The notes: generated by a model not told the origin, from the sequence alone. Shown: positions 40,886 to 49,521, counted from the stretch's first letter. The stretch: DNA of 64,000 nucleotides from Candidatus Dojkabacteria bacterium (GCA_016927995.1 JAFGLO010000011.1:391-64390); one strand, 5' to 3'. Translations and numbers: made by a program.

Positions 40886-40960
40886 CGGGGCGGACGGGGA
40901 TCGAACCCGCGACCTTCCGCGTGACAGGCGGACGTTCTAACCAAACTGAACTACCACCCC
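40886..40960 (-). tRNA. tRNA-Asp (GTC)
   Basis: Folded by hand: acceptor GGGGUGG/CCGCCCC, D arm GUUC..GAAC, anticodon stem UCCGC/GCGGA with loop CUGUCAC, T arm GCGGG-UUCGAUC-CCCGU, discriminator G. No CCA is encoded. Confidence 0.85.
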
Positions 40961-41106
40961 ATTTTGTGGTAACAGTATTGTAAAAGAAAATCACCAAATC
41001 CGCAAGATATGCTAAAATAAAAATAGCTAAGGTAAGTTCAGCTACATTTGTATAGACCCTGTTTTTAAGTAACAAAGGGTTAATAAACCATTTATCCGAT
41101 ATCGGT

Positions 41107-41676
41107 GTGCTGCGCTCCCCTGCTCTTAAAAGGGCGCTTAAGGCTATCGATAGAGCCCACTTTGTTCCGGTGGCAGAAAAAGACTATGCATATGCCGATA
41201 TGCCGTTACACGTGTCCAGTGGGCAGACAATATCCCAACCATACACCGTTGTTTTTATGCTCGAGCTTTTACAGGTTAGGCCTGGAAACACAGTTTTTGA
41301 AATAGGCTACGGTTCCGGATGGCAAACAATGATTCTTTCAAGCCTTGTCGGAGATAAAGGTCATGTGGTAGCCGTGGAAGTTCGAAAGGATATGGCAAAG
41401 ATTGGCGCTTCCAACATTGATAAATACAATCCTTCGAATGTTGAACTTGTCGTAGGAAACGCAATTACAGCTGCAAATTCTTACGATAAGTTCGACAGAA
41501 TAATCTCAGGAGCTGCTTTTGATGGAATTCCGGAGGTATTAGACCAAAAGTTAAAGGATGACGGAATCGCTATTGTCCCTACTCAGGATGGAAACGTTGT
41601 TAAACTAACAAAACTTAAGGGTACTCTTGGCACAGAAACTTATGAAGGGTTTACCTTTGTTCCCATAGTTCAGTAG
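41107..41676 (+). CDS. pcm: Protein-L-isoaspartate O-methyltransferase
   Basis: It contains VSSGQTISQPYTVVFMLELL, the SAM-binding motif FEIGYGSGWQT and the post-II region. Confidence 0.85.
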   Translation: MLRSPALKRALKAIDRAHFVPVAEKDYAYADMPLHVSSGQTISQPYTVVFMLELLQVRPGNTVFEIGYGSGWQTMILSSLVGDKGHVVAVEVRKDMAKIGASNIDKYNPSNVELVVGNAITAANSYDKFDRIISGAAFDGIPEVLDQKLKDDGIAIVPTQDGNVVKLTKLKGTLGTETYEGFTFVPIVQ

Positions 41677-41753
41677 GACGTGAAATTGTGAATAGTAATA
41701 TGGGCGTGCCTGCCTGTCTATCGACAGATAGAGACTCGGACCTATATTTCATA

Positions 41754-41827
41754 TGGGCGTGCCTGGACTCGGACCAGGGACCCCAGTCTTATCAGGACTG
41801 TGCTCTAACCAGCTGAGCTACACGCCC
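41754..41827 (-). tRNA. tRNA-Ile (GAT)
   Basis: Folded by hand: GGGCGUG-UA-GCUC AGCUGGUUA GAGC-A-CAGUC CUGAUAA GACUG-GGGUC-CCUGG UCCGAGU CCAGG-CACGCCC-A. Confidence 0.85.
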
Positions 41828-42002
41828 CTAACGAAATTAGGGTGTGGCAAACCTTTTAAGCTGCCTGTCCGCCTCTGGCGGAAGCTACACGCCCCTAACG
41901 GTGATTACTATTATCGGGACTTGTGTATTTTATGGGAATTCTTGCGAAAGTGCAAGCAGAGGTGGATTAAGTTAATGAGTATTTCACCATTACATATCTT
42001 AA

Positions 42003-42524
42003 TTAACTGGTAACCATTTGTAAACATCTGCGGTTTCGGCCTTGGTTGCCTCTTCCCGGTTTATAGTCGGTAAATATAATCTGGTCATCGGTGAATATAT
42101 CCTTCATTAGATCTTCGAAGAGGGCTTGTGCAGTTTCAATTCCCAAGGAAGGATCAGTTAAACTTATTTGAGGGAAAAAGTAATAACCTGCGGTTGCAAG
42201 ATTTTTGGGATAATCGGAAAGATTACATTTACCTATAGGGATAGAACGTGAAAGTGGCTCCTCTATATTCAAAAGAAATGTGTGGTCTTTGTATTTGAAA
42301 TTGATCAGTTTGACAAGTTCTAGATTTGTAAATGGTCTTGGTCCGATATCGATAACCCTATTGGTTGCAGCTTCGCCTAATGCTCCCCGTGCTAAAACTG
42401 CGTTATCGTGCGGAACTATTTTTTGAATACTTTTGAATCCTTTGATTTCTATAATGTTTGTATGTTGTTGCCCATTAAAGCCTCGACGCGACATTTTGGT
42501 GGTACTGCCAAAATTATCTTTCAT
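42003..42524 (-). CDS. Hypothetical protein
   Basis: It is a 173-aa ORF. Any resemblance to macro or 2H domains is not convincing. Confidence 0.35.
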   Translation of the reverse strand: MKDNFGSTTKMSRRGFNGQQHTNIIEIKGFKSIQKIVPHDNAVLARGALGEAATNRVIDIGPRPFTNLELVKLINFKYKDHTFLLNIEEPLSRSIPIGKCNLSDYPKNLATAGYYFFPQISLTDPSLGIETAQALFEDLMKDIFTDDQIIFTDYKPGRGNQGRNRRCLQMVTS

Positions 42525-42755
42525 TATACACAGTTTTTGTACAAAAGGTAACTGTAATTATAATTGCTGGTTGTTCTCACAGGTGATATAATATGCGATC
42601 TAAACCAAGAGGTGATTTTATGACAGAAAAAGTGAATGTGGATGTTATCCCAGCCGAGCATGAACCGTTATCATTTGATGAAGCTAATCAGACAGCTTTA
42701 ACTGATGAGCTAATACTTTGGCTTTGTGAGCAATCATGGCTTCCTGAAATAAAAA

Positions 42756-43388
42756 ATGGAAATGGACAACTGGTCGTGTGAGCGTCTTGAGACCTGCAAT
42801 GAAATTGGATGGCTTGAGAATTATTCTAGACGCCTTGATGCTGGGTATAAGCAGGCCCAGGAAGAGTTTAATCGGGTATTTGATTTGAGCGAGGCATTTT
42901 CTCGTGCTGATTGTATCCTTAAACAATTTTATCTTGATTGCAGAGAAATTATTGGTTCGTATGCATCTCGTACGATAAGATTTGGTGAGATACAAACTAG
43001 AGCAAGTATGAAAGTGATCGTTGATTTATACTGGGCAAGAACATTAGACTCTTTGAAGCCTTTACATTTAACAGAGGATCAGGTAGTCCATATTCTTCGA
43101 TTGTTAGCTAAACGTGGGATCGATCCTACTTTAGTTGATTGGATGCCTTTTAATGAAGAAGAGTTTGTTCGTTTGTATGATAAAGTAAATTTTGAACTAA
43201 TTATTGAAGAGGTTGTTCCAGAGGCTTTAACAATTGAAGATGATTTGGAAGAATGTGTAGAACGAAGTTGTTCATATAGTGAGGAGATTAGAATGGTTAG
43301 TGAACGATTAGCTTTTCTTAACCAACGCCTTGATGAGTTAGAAAGTTACAAGGGATACCCCGTCTCACTAGTATTCAAGAAACAGTAG
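42756..43388 (+). CDS. Hypothetical protein (GC-richer cluster)
   Basis: It is a 210-aa ORF, preceded by a 62-aa ORF (42593..42781) and followed by a possible 55-aa TTG-initiated ORF ending at about 43557. Local GC is visibly higher than in the flanks. Confidence 0.4.
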   Translation: MEMDNWSCERLETCNEIGWLENYSRRLDAGYKQAQEEFNRVFDLSEAFSRADCILKQFYLDCREIIGSYASRTIRFGEIQTRASMKVIVDLYWARTLDSLKPLHLTEDQVVHILRLLAKRGIDPTLVDWMPFNEEEFVRLYDKVNFELIIEEVVPEALTIEDDLEECVERSCSYSEEIRMVSERLAFLNQRLDELESYKGYPVSLVFKKQ

Positions 43389-43672
43389 AATTATTGCTAA
43401 ACCGTTGGTATTGGATTAATCGAACGGTACAAAATGGTGAAGCAACATATGAAGATGAGATTACCAAGTTTTTCGTGGTAGAGGGTTCTGGCCCTGAAAA
43501 ATGTAAACTTGTTGCAGAATTTATTGTTTCGACACTACGTAAGCTATCCCAGGAGTAATGCTAGCTATTTTCCCTACCCAACCAACGCAATCTTCACTTG
43601 ACTATACAAGAATACCCATGCAGGAGCTTGAAATTTACCTTGTCGAATATGTACTTGATAAATGACAAAATG

Positions 43673-44194
43673 CTAGTTATTACCGTTAAAAATATCCTTA
43701 TACATTCGCCACATAATATAAAATCCGAGAATAACCTGAGCAATATAGTAAGGCACGACCATAAATGAGGGTAACCCAAACGGATTCCAGCGATAAAGCT
43801 CGTACACCTGGGGCACGCCATATTTTTCATATAGAATGTAAGGGATCCACGTTATTATACAGGTTCCCATTAAAAGCTGCGAAATTGCGTGAATAAAAAT
43901 AATAAGCATAACGCCAAGAAGTAGATAATCACCTAAATGTCTTGTTTGCTTGGGGAAAAGACCACGGCAACATGCCGGTATAACTAAAGTCCATCCAAGT
44001 ATAGTTACGACTTCATGAAAGGTATCGGTTGCCTTGCCGAATGATTGCACAAGTGTTTTGGTATCGGTCGTATTTATGTTTATTAAAAACTCAAGCCCCC
44101 AGTAGCCAAAACAAATTAATAGAAACACACCGGTCCATTTGGCAAGCGTAGTTAAAAATGCTGCAAACTCTTTTGACGTTATATTGTTTTTCAT
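43673..44194 (-). CDS. Hypothetical integral membrane protein (about 5 TM)
   Basis: Judged from its hydrophobicity pattern only. Confidence 0.35.
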   Translation of the reverse strand: MKNNITSKEFAAFLTTLAKWTGVFLLICFGYWGLEFLININTTDTKTLVQSFGKATDTFHEVVTILGWTLVIPACCRGLFPKQTRHLGDYLLLGVMLIIFIHAISQLLMGTCIITWIPYILYEKYGVPQVYELYRWNPFGLPSFMVVPYYIAQVILGFYIMWRMYKDIFNGNN

Positions 44195-44303
44195 AATTAC
44201 ATAATTTTGTCACACAAAATTAATTCTATCAAGTTTGTAAGTGGGATTTTTAAAATATTTGTAAACAAGGTAAACTAGAAAAGTTAAGTTAATCACACTT
44301 TGC

Positions 44304-44648
44304 ATGAAGAAAACCTGGAAATATGCATATAACATATTATTTTGGGTATACATAGTTTTTTTTATAGCAATGTCGTTCGACATTGACATCAAAGACAACT
44401 TCTGGAGAGGCGTAGGAGGCTTTTTAATTCACAATATTCCAACAGTAATACTTTTGGTTGCTCATTTCGCCACAATAAAAAATTATAAGGTTCGTAGCAT
44501 ATTGTTTTTAATACTTGCAATTGCTTCCGTAATATTCTTCAGAACTTATATAAATCTGGCTGTATTCCTGTATGTTACTGTCCCAATACTTGCACTAAGC
44601 GGATTCTCCTATATTCAGAGTAAAACGATCATAAACCCAAATAACTAA
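44304..44648 (+). CDS. Hypothetical integral membrane protein (about 4 TM)
   Basis: Judged from its hydrophobicity pattern only. Confidence 0.3.
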   Translation: MKKTWKYAYNILFWVYIVFFIAMSFDIDIKDNFWRGVGGFLIHNIPTVILLVAHFATIKNYKVRSILFLILAIASVIFFRTYINLAVFLYVTVPILALSGFSYIQSKTIINPNN

Positions 44649-44665
44649 GCTAAAAACCATTTATA

Positions 44666-45529
44666 TTGATGGACGTAAAACAGGACCTGATTAGTTTGAT
44701 TTCAAAGGATTCGAAAGTACTTTGTTTGTTGGCACCTTCCTTTGTGGCAGAGTTTGATTATCCCGACATTATATATACACTTAGAGCATTGGGGTTCGAC
44801 AATGTCGTGGAACTTACCTTCGGCGCAAAAATGATAAATCACGGCTATTACGAAATATTAAAGTCGGACAGTGACAGTCGAACATGGATTGCATCACCCT
44901 GCCCAACTTTAGTGCAATTAATTCGTACAAAATATCCGCATCTTGTTAGGAATCTGGTTCCTATACATTCCCCTATGGGTGCAATGGCTTTAATATGTAA
45001 TAAGTTTTTTCCCGGATATAAAAAAGTTTTTGTCGGACCATGCATAACCAAAAAATTCGAAGCAAAAGAAATAGGAACAGTCGATCTGTCAATAACTTTT
45101 AAAGAACTGCTTGAAATACTTGACCAAGTAAAACCTGTTATTAAAGAAGAACACAAGCAAACATTCAATAAATTTTACAATGACTATACAAAGATTTATC
45201 CAATTTCCGGAGGATTATCGGAGACCTTACACTACAGCAAAATTCTTGATGATAAAGACATTCTTGTGACTGACGGAATTAGAGAGATAACTCAGGTCTT
45301 AAATGGTTTCAAGAATGGATTCTACGAAAAGTATAAATTTCTTGACATATTAACCTGTAAGGGCGGATGCATAAATGGACCGGGTATGTGCGGAACAAGA
45401 CTTCCGGCCGAACGTAAACAAAGAATTATTGGCTATAGGGATTTTGCAAGGACATCAGAACGGGACATTGGTCGTGCCGGCACGAAAGTTGTTGTTGAAG
45501 ACATAGATTTTACGCGAAAGTTTGAGTAG
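44666..45529 (+). CDS. [FeFe]-hydrogenase large-subunit C-terminal (H-cluster) domain protein, with SPCP in place of the SCCP motif
   Basis: All three H-cluster motifs are present in order. L1 is IASPCPTLV (canonical TSCCPxW). L2 is VGPCITKKFEAKE (canonical MPCxxKxxE). L3 is LDILTCKGGCINGPGM (canonical ExMACxGGCxxGGGQ). There is no N-terminal ferredoxin-like F-cluster domain. Confidence 0.6.
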   Translation: MMDVKQDLISLISKDSKVLCLLAPSFVAEFDYPDIIYTLRALGFDNVVELTFGAKMINHGYYEILKSDSDSRTWIASPCPTLVQLIRTKYPHLVRNLVPIHSPMGAMALICNKFFPGYKKVFVGPCITKKFEAKEIGTVDLSITFKELLEILDQVKPVIKEEHKQTFNKFYNDYTKIYPISGGLSETLHYSKILDDKDILVTDGIREITQVLNGFKNGFYEKYKFLDILTCKGGCINGPGMCGTRLPAERKQRIIGYRDFARTSERDIGRAGTKVVVEDIDFTRKFE

Positions 45530-45691
45530 TAAGCTGTTCTCCGAAATATCCGTATGGGAAGAAAGTCAGCAGATAAGGCAACAATACTGAAAATCATTAA
45601 GACACGCATATATCCTAATTAGACAAATACACGAGAACTTGAAAAAGTATGTGTTCTGACTTTCTAACCGTAGGGATATCAGGAGAATAAT

Positions 45692-46813
45692 TTACTCGTC
45701 GGTAACTGTTCCCATTTTTTTGAATCGTTCTTCTTCAAAATCAATATTTTTTGCCATTTCTTCTTTCGAGCTCATTGTGTAATAGGTCGAGCGACCGTGA
45801 CCATATTGGTTAATTAGCTTGCGTTCAGACATTTCCGTAAGGTCCCGAAAGGCTGTCATAAAAGAAACTCCCATCATATCTGTATATTCTTTTCGTGTTA
45901 TTTTCAATTTTCGTTTAAGATAAGTAAGAGCTCTAAGTTGTCGAGAGTTAAGCCCTAATAACATTTTACGTTTGTTCTGAACCTTTTCCTTTTCAATTTG
46001 GATCATTTGATTATTAAGGTTCTGAATATCCATAGATACTCCACGTACAAATCTTTCTATCCATGAGGTAAGATCATTGGATTCTCTGCTTGCAATTAAC
46101 GCCTCAAAGTATTCCTCTTCGTACGTATAAAAGTGAAGACTTGTTGGAATAAGTCCGTTCTGCCATATATTAAGCTCAGAAAATAAAAGTTCAACGGTAG
46201 CAAGAGTTGTAAGCTGGTTGGCCGCAAGAAACGGAGCATACTGAAAAAGCTCAAATACGGTAACAGCTGTTTTTATTAAAGGATGCACCAAAAACCTTGT
46301 TTCAGTAACCCAGGAAAAAAGATCGTTTAGGTGGTTTTGGATATTTATTTGTGATAGCTCTTTGTTGTGATAAGATTCCCAGCGATCGTAATTTGATACG
46401 GGGCTTTCACCTTGGTTACGATATCTACCACCATTCCAGGAATCAACCCAGTTGTTTGTCAAGAGTTTATTAAGATGAACAATTGTGGCCGCCGAAAAGC
46501 TCATGTATCTGTCTCTTTTAACTTGTTTTATAAATTCAATTGCGTTTCGATAATTTACAAGTACAACTTTTGGCTCTTTAAGTACGTTAATTTCTTTACC
46601 CTTAAATACTTTTTCTGCATCTTTCATTGTAATATTAAGTCCAATAAGTTTTCCCACATAGAAAAGGTTTTCGGTACGTTTTTGCTCGTAAAGCTGTTTT
46701 TTCTGTCTTGCTGGAAGTGGAAGGTTAGTTATTTCCTTAAAGGCAATTTCAAAATTGACAATATGATGTAAAACCTTGTTTGTTATGTAGTATTTCGGGG
46801 TGTACATTAGCAA
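45692..46813 (-). CDS. Fic/DOC-family-like protein with a degenerate active-site motif and a C-terminal winged-HTH
   Basis: The architecture and C-terminal wHTH (LNSRQLRALTYLKRKLKITRKEYTDMMGVSFMTAFRDLTEMSERKLI) match long Fic proteins. At the position of HPFx[DE]GNGR the sequence is HPLIKTAVTVFELFQYAPFLAANQ, with no GNGR. Confidence 0.5.
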   Translation of the reverse strand: MLMYTPKYYITNKVLHHIVNFEIAFKEITNLPLPARQKKQLYEQKRTENLFYVGKLIGLNITMKDAEKVFKGKEINVLKEPKVVLVNYRNAIEFIKQVKRDRYMSFSAATIVHLNKLLTNNWVDSWNGGRYRNQGESPVSNYDRWESYHNKELSQINIQNHLNDLFSWVTETRFLVHPLIKTAVTVFELFQYAPFLAANQLTTLATVELLFSELNIWQNGLIPTSLHFYTYEEEYFEALIASRESNDLTSWIERFVRGVSMDIQNLNNQMIQIEKEKVQNKRKMLLGLNSRQLRALTYLKRKLKITRKEYTDMMGVSFMTAFRDLTEMSERKLINQYGHGRSTYYTMSSKEEMAKNIDFEEERFKKMGTVTDE

Positions 46814-47069
46814 CTTAGGTTTGATTTAAGTAACGGAATTGTAACAGCGATTGTTTTATCTCGCAAGTAGGGGTGGGTTTAGACCCGCACCCCAATTTCG
46901 AACACATTGTTGGATAATACATTTAAAAATGGGGGATACGTTTAAACCCAAACATGAATAAAAAAGTGCCTTTGTATGAATTCTTGGGGATGTCTTCGTG
47001 TCGGTTTAAACCTGTCCCTACAATGAGAATAAGGAATATGATAAAATTCGTATGTTGACTTATGTTAAC

Positions 47070-47156
47070 GCCGAAATGGTGGAATTTGGTAGACACGCCG
47101 GCCTTAGGAGCCGGTGCCCTTTACCGGGTGTGTGGGTTCAAATCCCACTTTCGGCA
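47070..47156 (+). tRNA. tRNA-Leu (TAG), type II with long variable arm
   Basis: Folded by hand: GCCGAAA-UG-GUG..CAC-anticodon stem CCGGC/GCCGG with loop CUUAGGA, long variable arm, T arm GUGGG-UUCAAAU-CCCAC, acceptor 3' UUUCGGC, discriminator A. Confidence 0.85.
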
Positions 47157-47342
47157 CTTTCATCCTTAGTTGTTGGTGGGTTATAGAGTCAGTCCTTTTC
47201 TTTCCGCTGTGATCATAGTTATTACAGGCACTAGAATAACTATGATTGTATTTAATTATCTGTAAGTATCCAGAACAGTTTGTATTTCGTATTATCTTTT
47301 GCGGTCATGATGGATGGTAGCAGATTCTCTCTTCATAAGCAA

Positions 47343-48032
47343 TTACTCCACCTTTACTACTCTCCCCTTAAGCCGCCCCTTAAACATAACATATTTAAGC
47401 TCGCGGGTTATAAATTCCACCGTTAGCTGTGCATCGGTTAGGTTGCTAATTGGCATTTTTGACTCTTTTGTTCTAAACAAAAGCCAAAGTTCGTTAGTTA
47501 TAAGTCCTGTCATTACCGCGCCCGAGTTGTAAAAAGAGTTAATATCGGTTACGGAAAACGTATAAGTATTCGTGCCGTCTGTGCTATTTGGAGTACTTGA
47601 CTGCTTTACTCCTTCACTACTCATCGGATGCGTATGAACATTAAAAAGATACATGACTTCAACTATTTTGGGGGCATCTTTATAGTAAACAAGCCGTTTT
47701 GAATAAGTTTTCCCGCCAACAGTTACAACCCTTTCGTAGTACTCGGGTTTGTGTGAGGAATTATATACAACGCTAACATCTGTTTTTGACTGAACATAGG
47801 TTTTACCCCCTCGCATTAGTTCGGTAGTTACAAGCTCACCATCGGCAAAAAACACCATGAAGGCTCGCTCGTGATCATCGGCCCTTGTGTGTTTGTATGC
47901 TCTAACCGCCGTATTCCAAAAATCAGAGTTAAAGTCGATTACGCGTGGTAATTCAAACTCATTCGGAAAGGCATTAATAGTTTTTAAGCCTTTTAGTTTT
48001 TTGTATAGTTCGTGATATGTAAATTTGCTCAT
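47343..48032 (-). CDS. Hypothetical protein
   Basis: It is a 229-aa ORF. It contains HTHP but not a complete JAMM motif. Confidence 0.35.
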   Translation of the reverse strand: MSKFTYHELYKKLKGLKTINAFPNEFELPRVIDFNSDFWNTAVRAYKHTRADDHERAFMVFFADGELVTTELMRGGKTYVQSKTDVSVVYNSSHKPEYYERVVTVGGKTYSKRLVYYKDAPKIVEVMYLFNVHTHPMSSEGVKQSSTPNSTDGTNTYTFSVTDINSFYNSGAVMTGLITNELWLLFRTKESKMPISNLTDAQLTVEFITRELKYVMFKGRLKGRVVKVE

Positions 48033-48293
48033 GTCTAATAATACAATACCGGCTTAATTTAGTACACGTTACCTTTTTTGAGGACTTTTGGGTAGTATCA
48101 ATTTTGAAACAAAATTACAACGGTGATATAATATTCCACAGTTAACTTGATTGGTGCAAGATGAAAATTCAATTTATACAAAATGGCATAAAAGCATTTA
48201 TGGGGCTTTCAAAAGCCTTAAGAATAGGTATTATAATTTCTACGGTTACATTAGTATCTGCAGGGGGTTATTTTACAACAACCGCAATTATCA

Positions 48294-49103
48294 ATGCTAA
48301 TAGTAATACTGGCTCTACAGAGAAGAAAGAAGAGACGTTCGATACTTCAGTCGGAGCCGGATTCAGAAACTGATAACAATGAAACTGAAGTTAATGAAGA
48401 AGAAGCTACAAATGAAACCGAAGATTCGGAAAAAGGAAGTACCACATCGACGGCTACCGCATCTACCGCAACCGCAAATACAAGTAATAATACAACAACC
48501 TCAAGTAATACTTCAGAGCAACCAGTTGCCCCTACAACTAAAACTTTTGTTGGTGACTACATAACAATAACTATACCTACTGCGTGGAATGCCGAAGAAA
48601 TCCACGAAAGACCAACCTACGGTGACGTCGGACTTATTGAATTCAATCTGTATAATGCTGCCGGTACAAAGGTTTTTGGTCTTTATGCTCCAGAAGCATT
48701 GGGATGGGGTGGAAATGAGTGTAGCGATTTTGGGACATACAAGGCTTTTTCTGACTATAATCCGGCATCATATCAAAGTTATGTTGACTTCTTTACCGCG
48801 TCATGTACTGGAGAACCTGCTGCGCTTGAGTTTATTTCGTATCAGACAGAAACAAGTTTTCTGGGTTATAGAATTAGAAGAACCTCTGGTGTCTATAGAA
48901 TGGATAGTATAAAGGGAGACCAATATTTTAGCGAGGGACGAGAGTCTGGTCTGCCTATAACTTATAATCTTCAGTCTACCGGGATTTCTTATTTCCTCGG
49001 AGGTACTTACAAAGAATATATATATACCATTACCTTTAATCCAACGGCTAGTGATTACACACAGCTAGAGACGGCTTTGGCTACTGCTGTCATCAGTCAA
49101 TAA
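48294..49103 (+). CDS. Secreted hypothetical protein with acidic/Thr-rich linker; possible frameshift versus the upstream signal-anchor ORF 48161..48373
   Basis: The upstream ORF supplies a signal anchor (LRIGIIISTVTLVSAGGYF) in another frame and overlaps this ORF by 80 nt. A single indel near 48340-48370 would fuse the two. Confidence 0.4.
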   Translation: MLIVILALQRRKKRRSILQSEPDSETDNNETEVNEEEATNETEDSEKGSTTSTATASTATANTSNNTTTSSNTSEQPVAPTTKTFVGDYITITIPTAWNAEEIHERPTYGDVGLIEFNLYNAAGTKVFGLYAPEALGWGGNECSDFGTYKAFSDYNPASYQSYVDFFTASCTGEPAALEFISYQTETSFLGYRIRRTSGVYRMDSIKGDQYFSEGRESGLPITYNLQSTGISYFLGGTYKEYIYTITFNPTASDYTQLETALATAVISQ

Positions 49104-49228
49104 GCAGTAACTTAAGAACCATTAAAACTGTAAGGTTTACATATGACTTGTAGACTTTTGTTAACGCTTGAAATTAACTTAATCTATTTGTTATAATCCG
49201 GCGCTTAAACAAGATTAGAAAAACCGAT

Positions 49229-49387
49229 ATGAAGCCTGCAGTTCAAAAAATAATAAAACCATTCTTCACTTTATCAACAGCGATTCAGGCAGTTTTGTTT
49301 GCATTGGTTTCTACCGTTGTTATCACTGGGGTTTACTTTATTGCCCAATCCCTTGTTATTAATACCGTTTCAGCGTTCGGAGGTTAA
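49229..49387 (+). CDS. Possible 52-aa hydrophobic membrane peptide
   Basis: The ORF reads MKPAVQKIIKPFFTLSTAIQAVLFALVSTVVITGVYFIAQSLVINTVSAFGG. It is not in the ORF track, being under 60 aa. Confidence 0.25.
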   Translation: MKPAVQKIIKPFFTLSTAIQAVLFALVSTVVITGVYFIAQSLVINTVSAFGG

Positions 49388-49521
49388 GGCGTTGGGTTTT
49401 ACCCACCCGTTTGTCCTTAAGACTTTCATTTATTACTTGTTACATAACGGTGTTACTGCTTCACTAAATTAATGGCTTCTTGTATACTGACTAAGTCTAA
49501 AATATTAAATATTCCAAAGAA

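Noticed and set aside
40881-41075. 64-aa minus-strand ORF
   Set aside because: It overlaps tRNA-Asp and its upstream leader, so it is most likely spurious.
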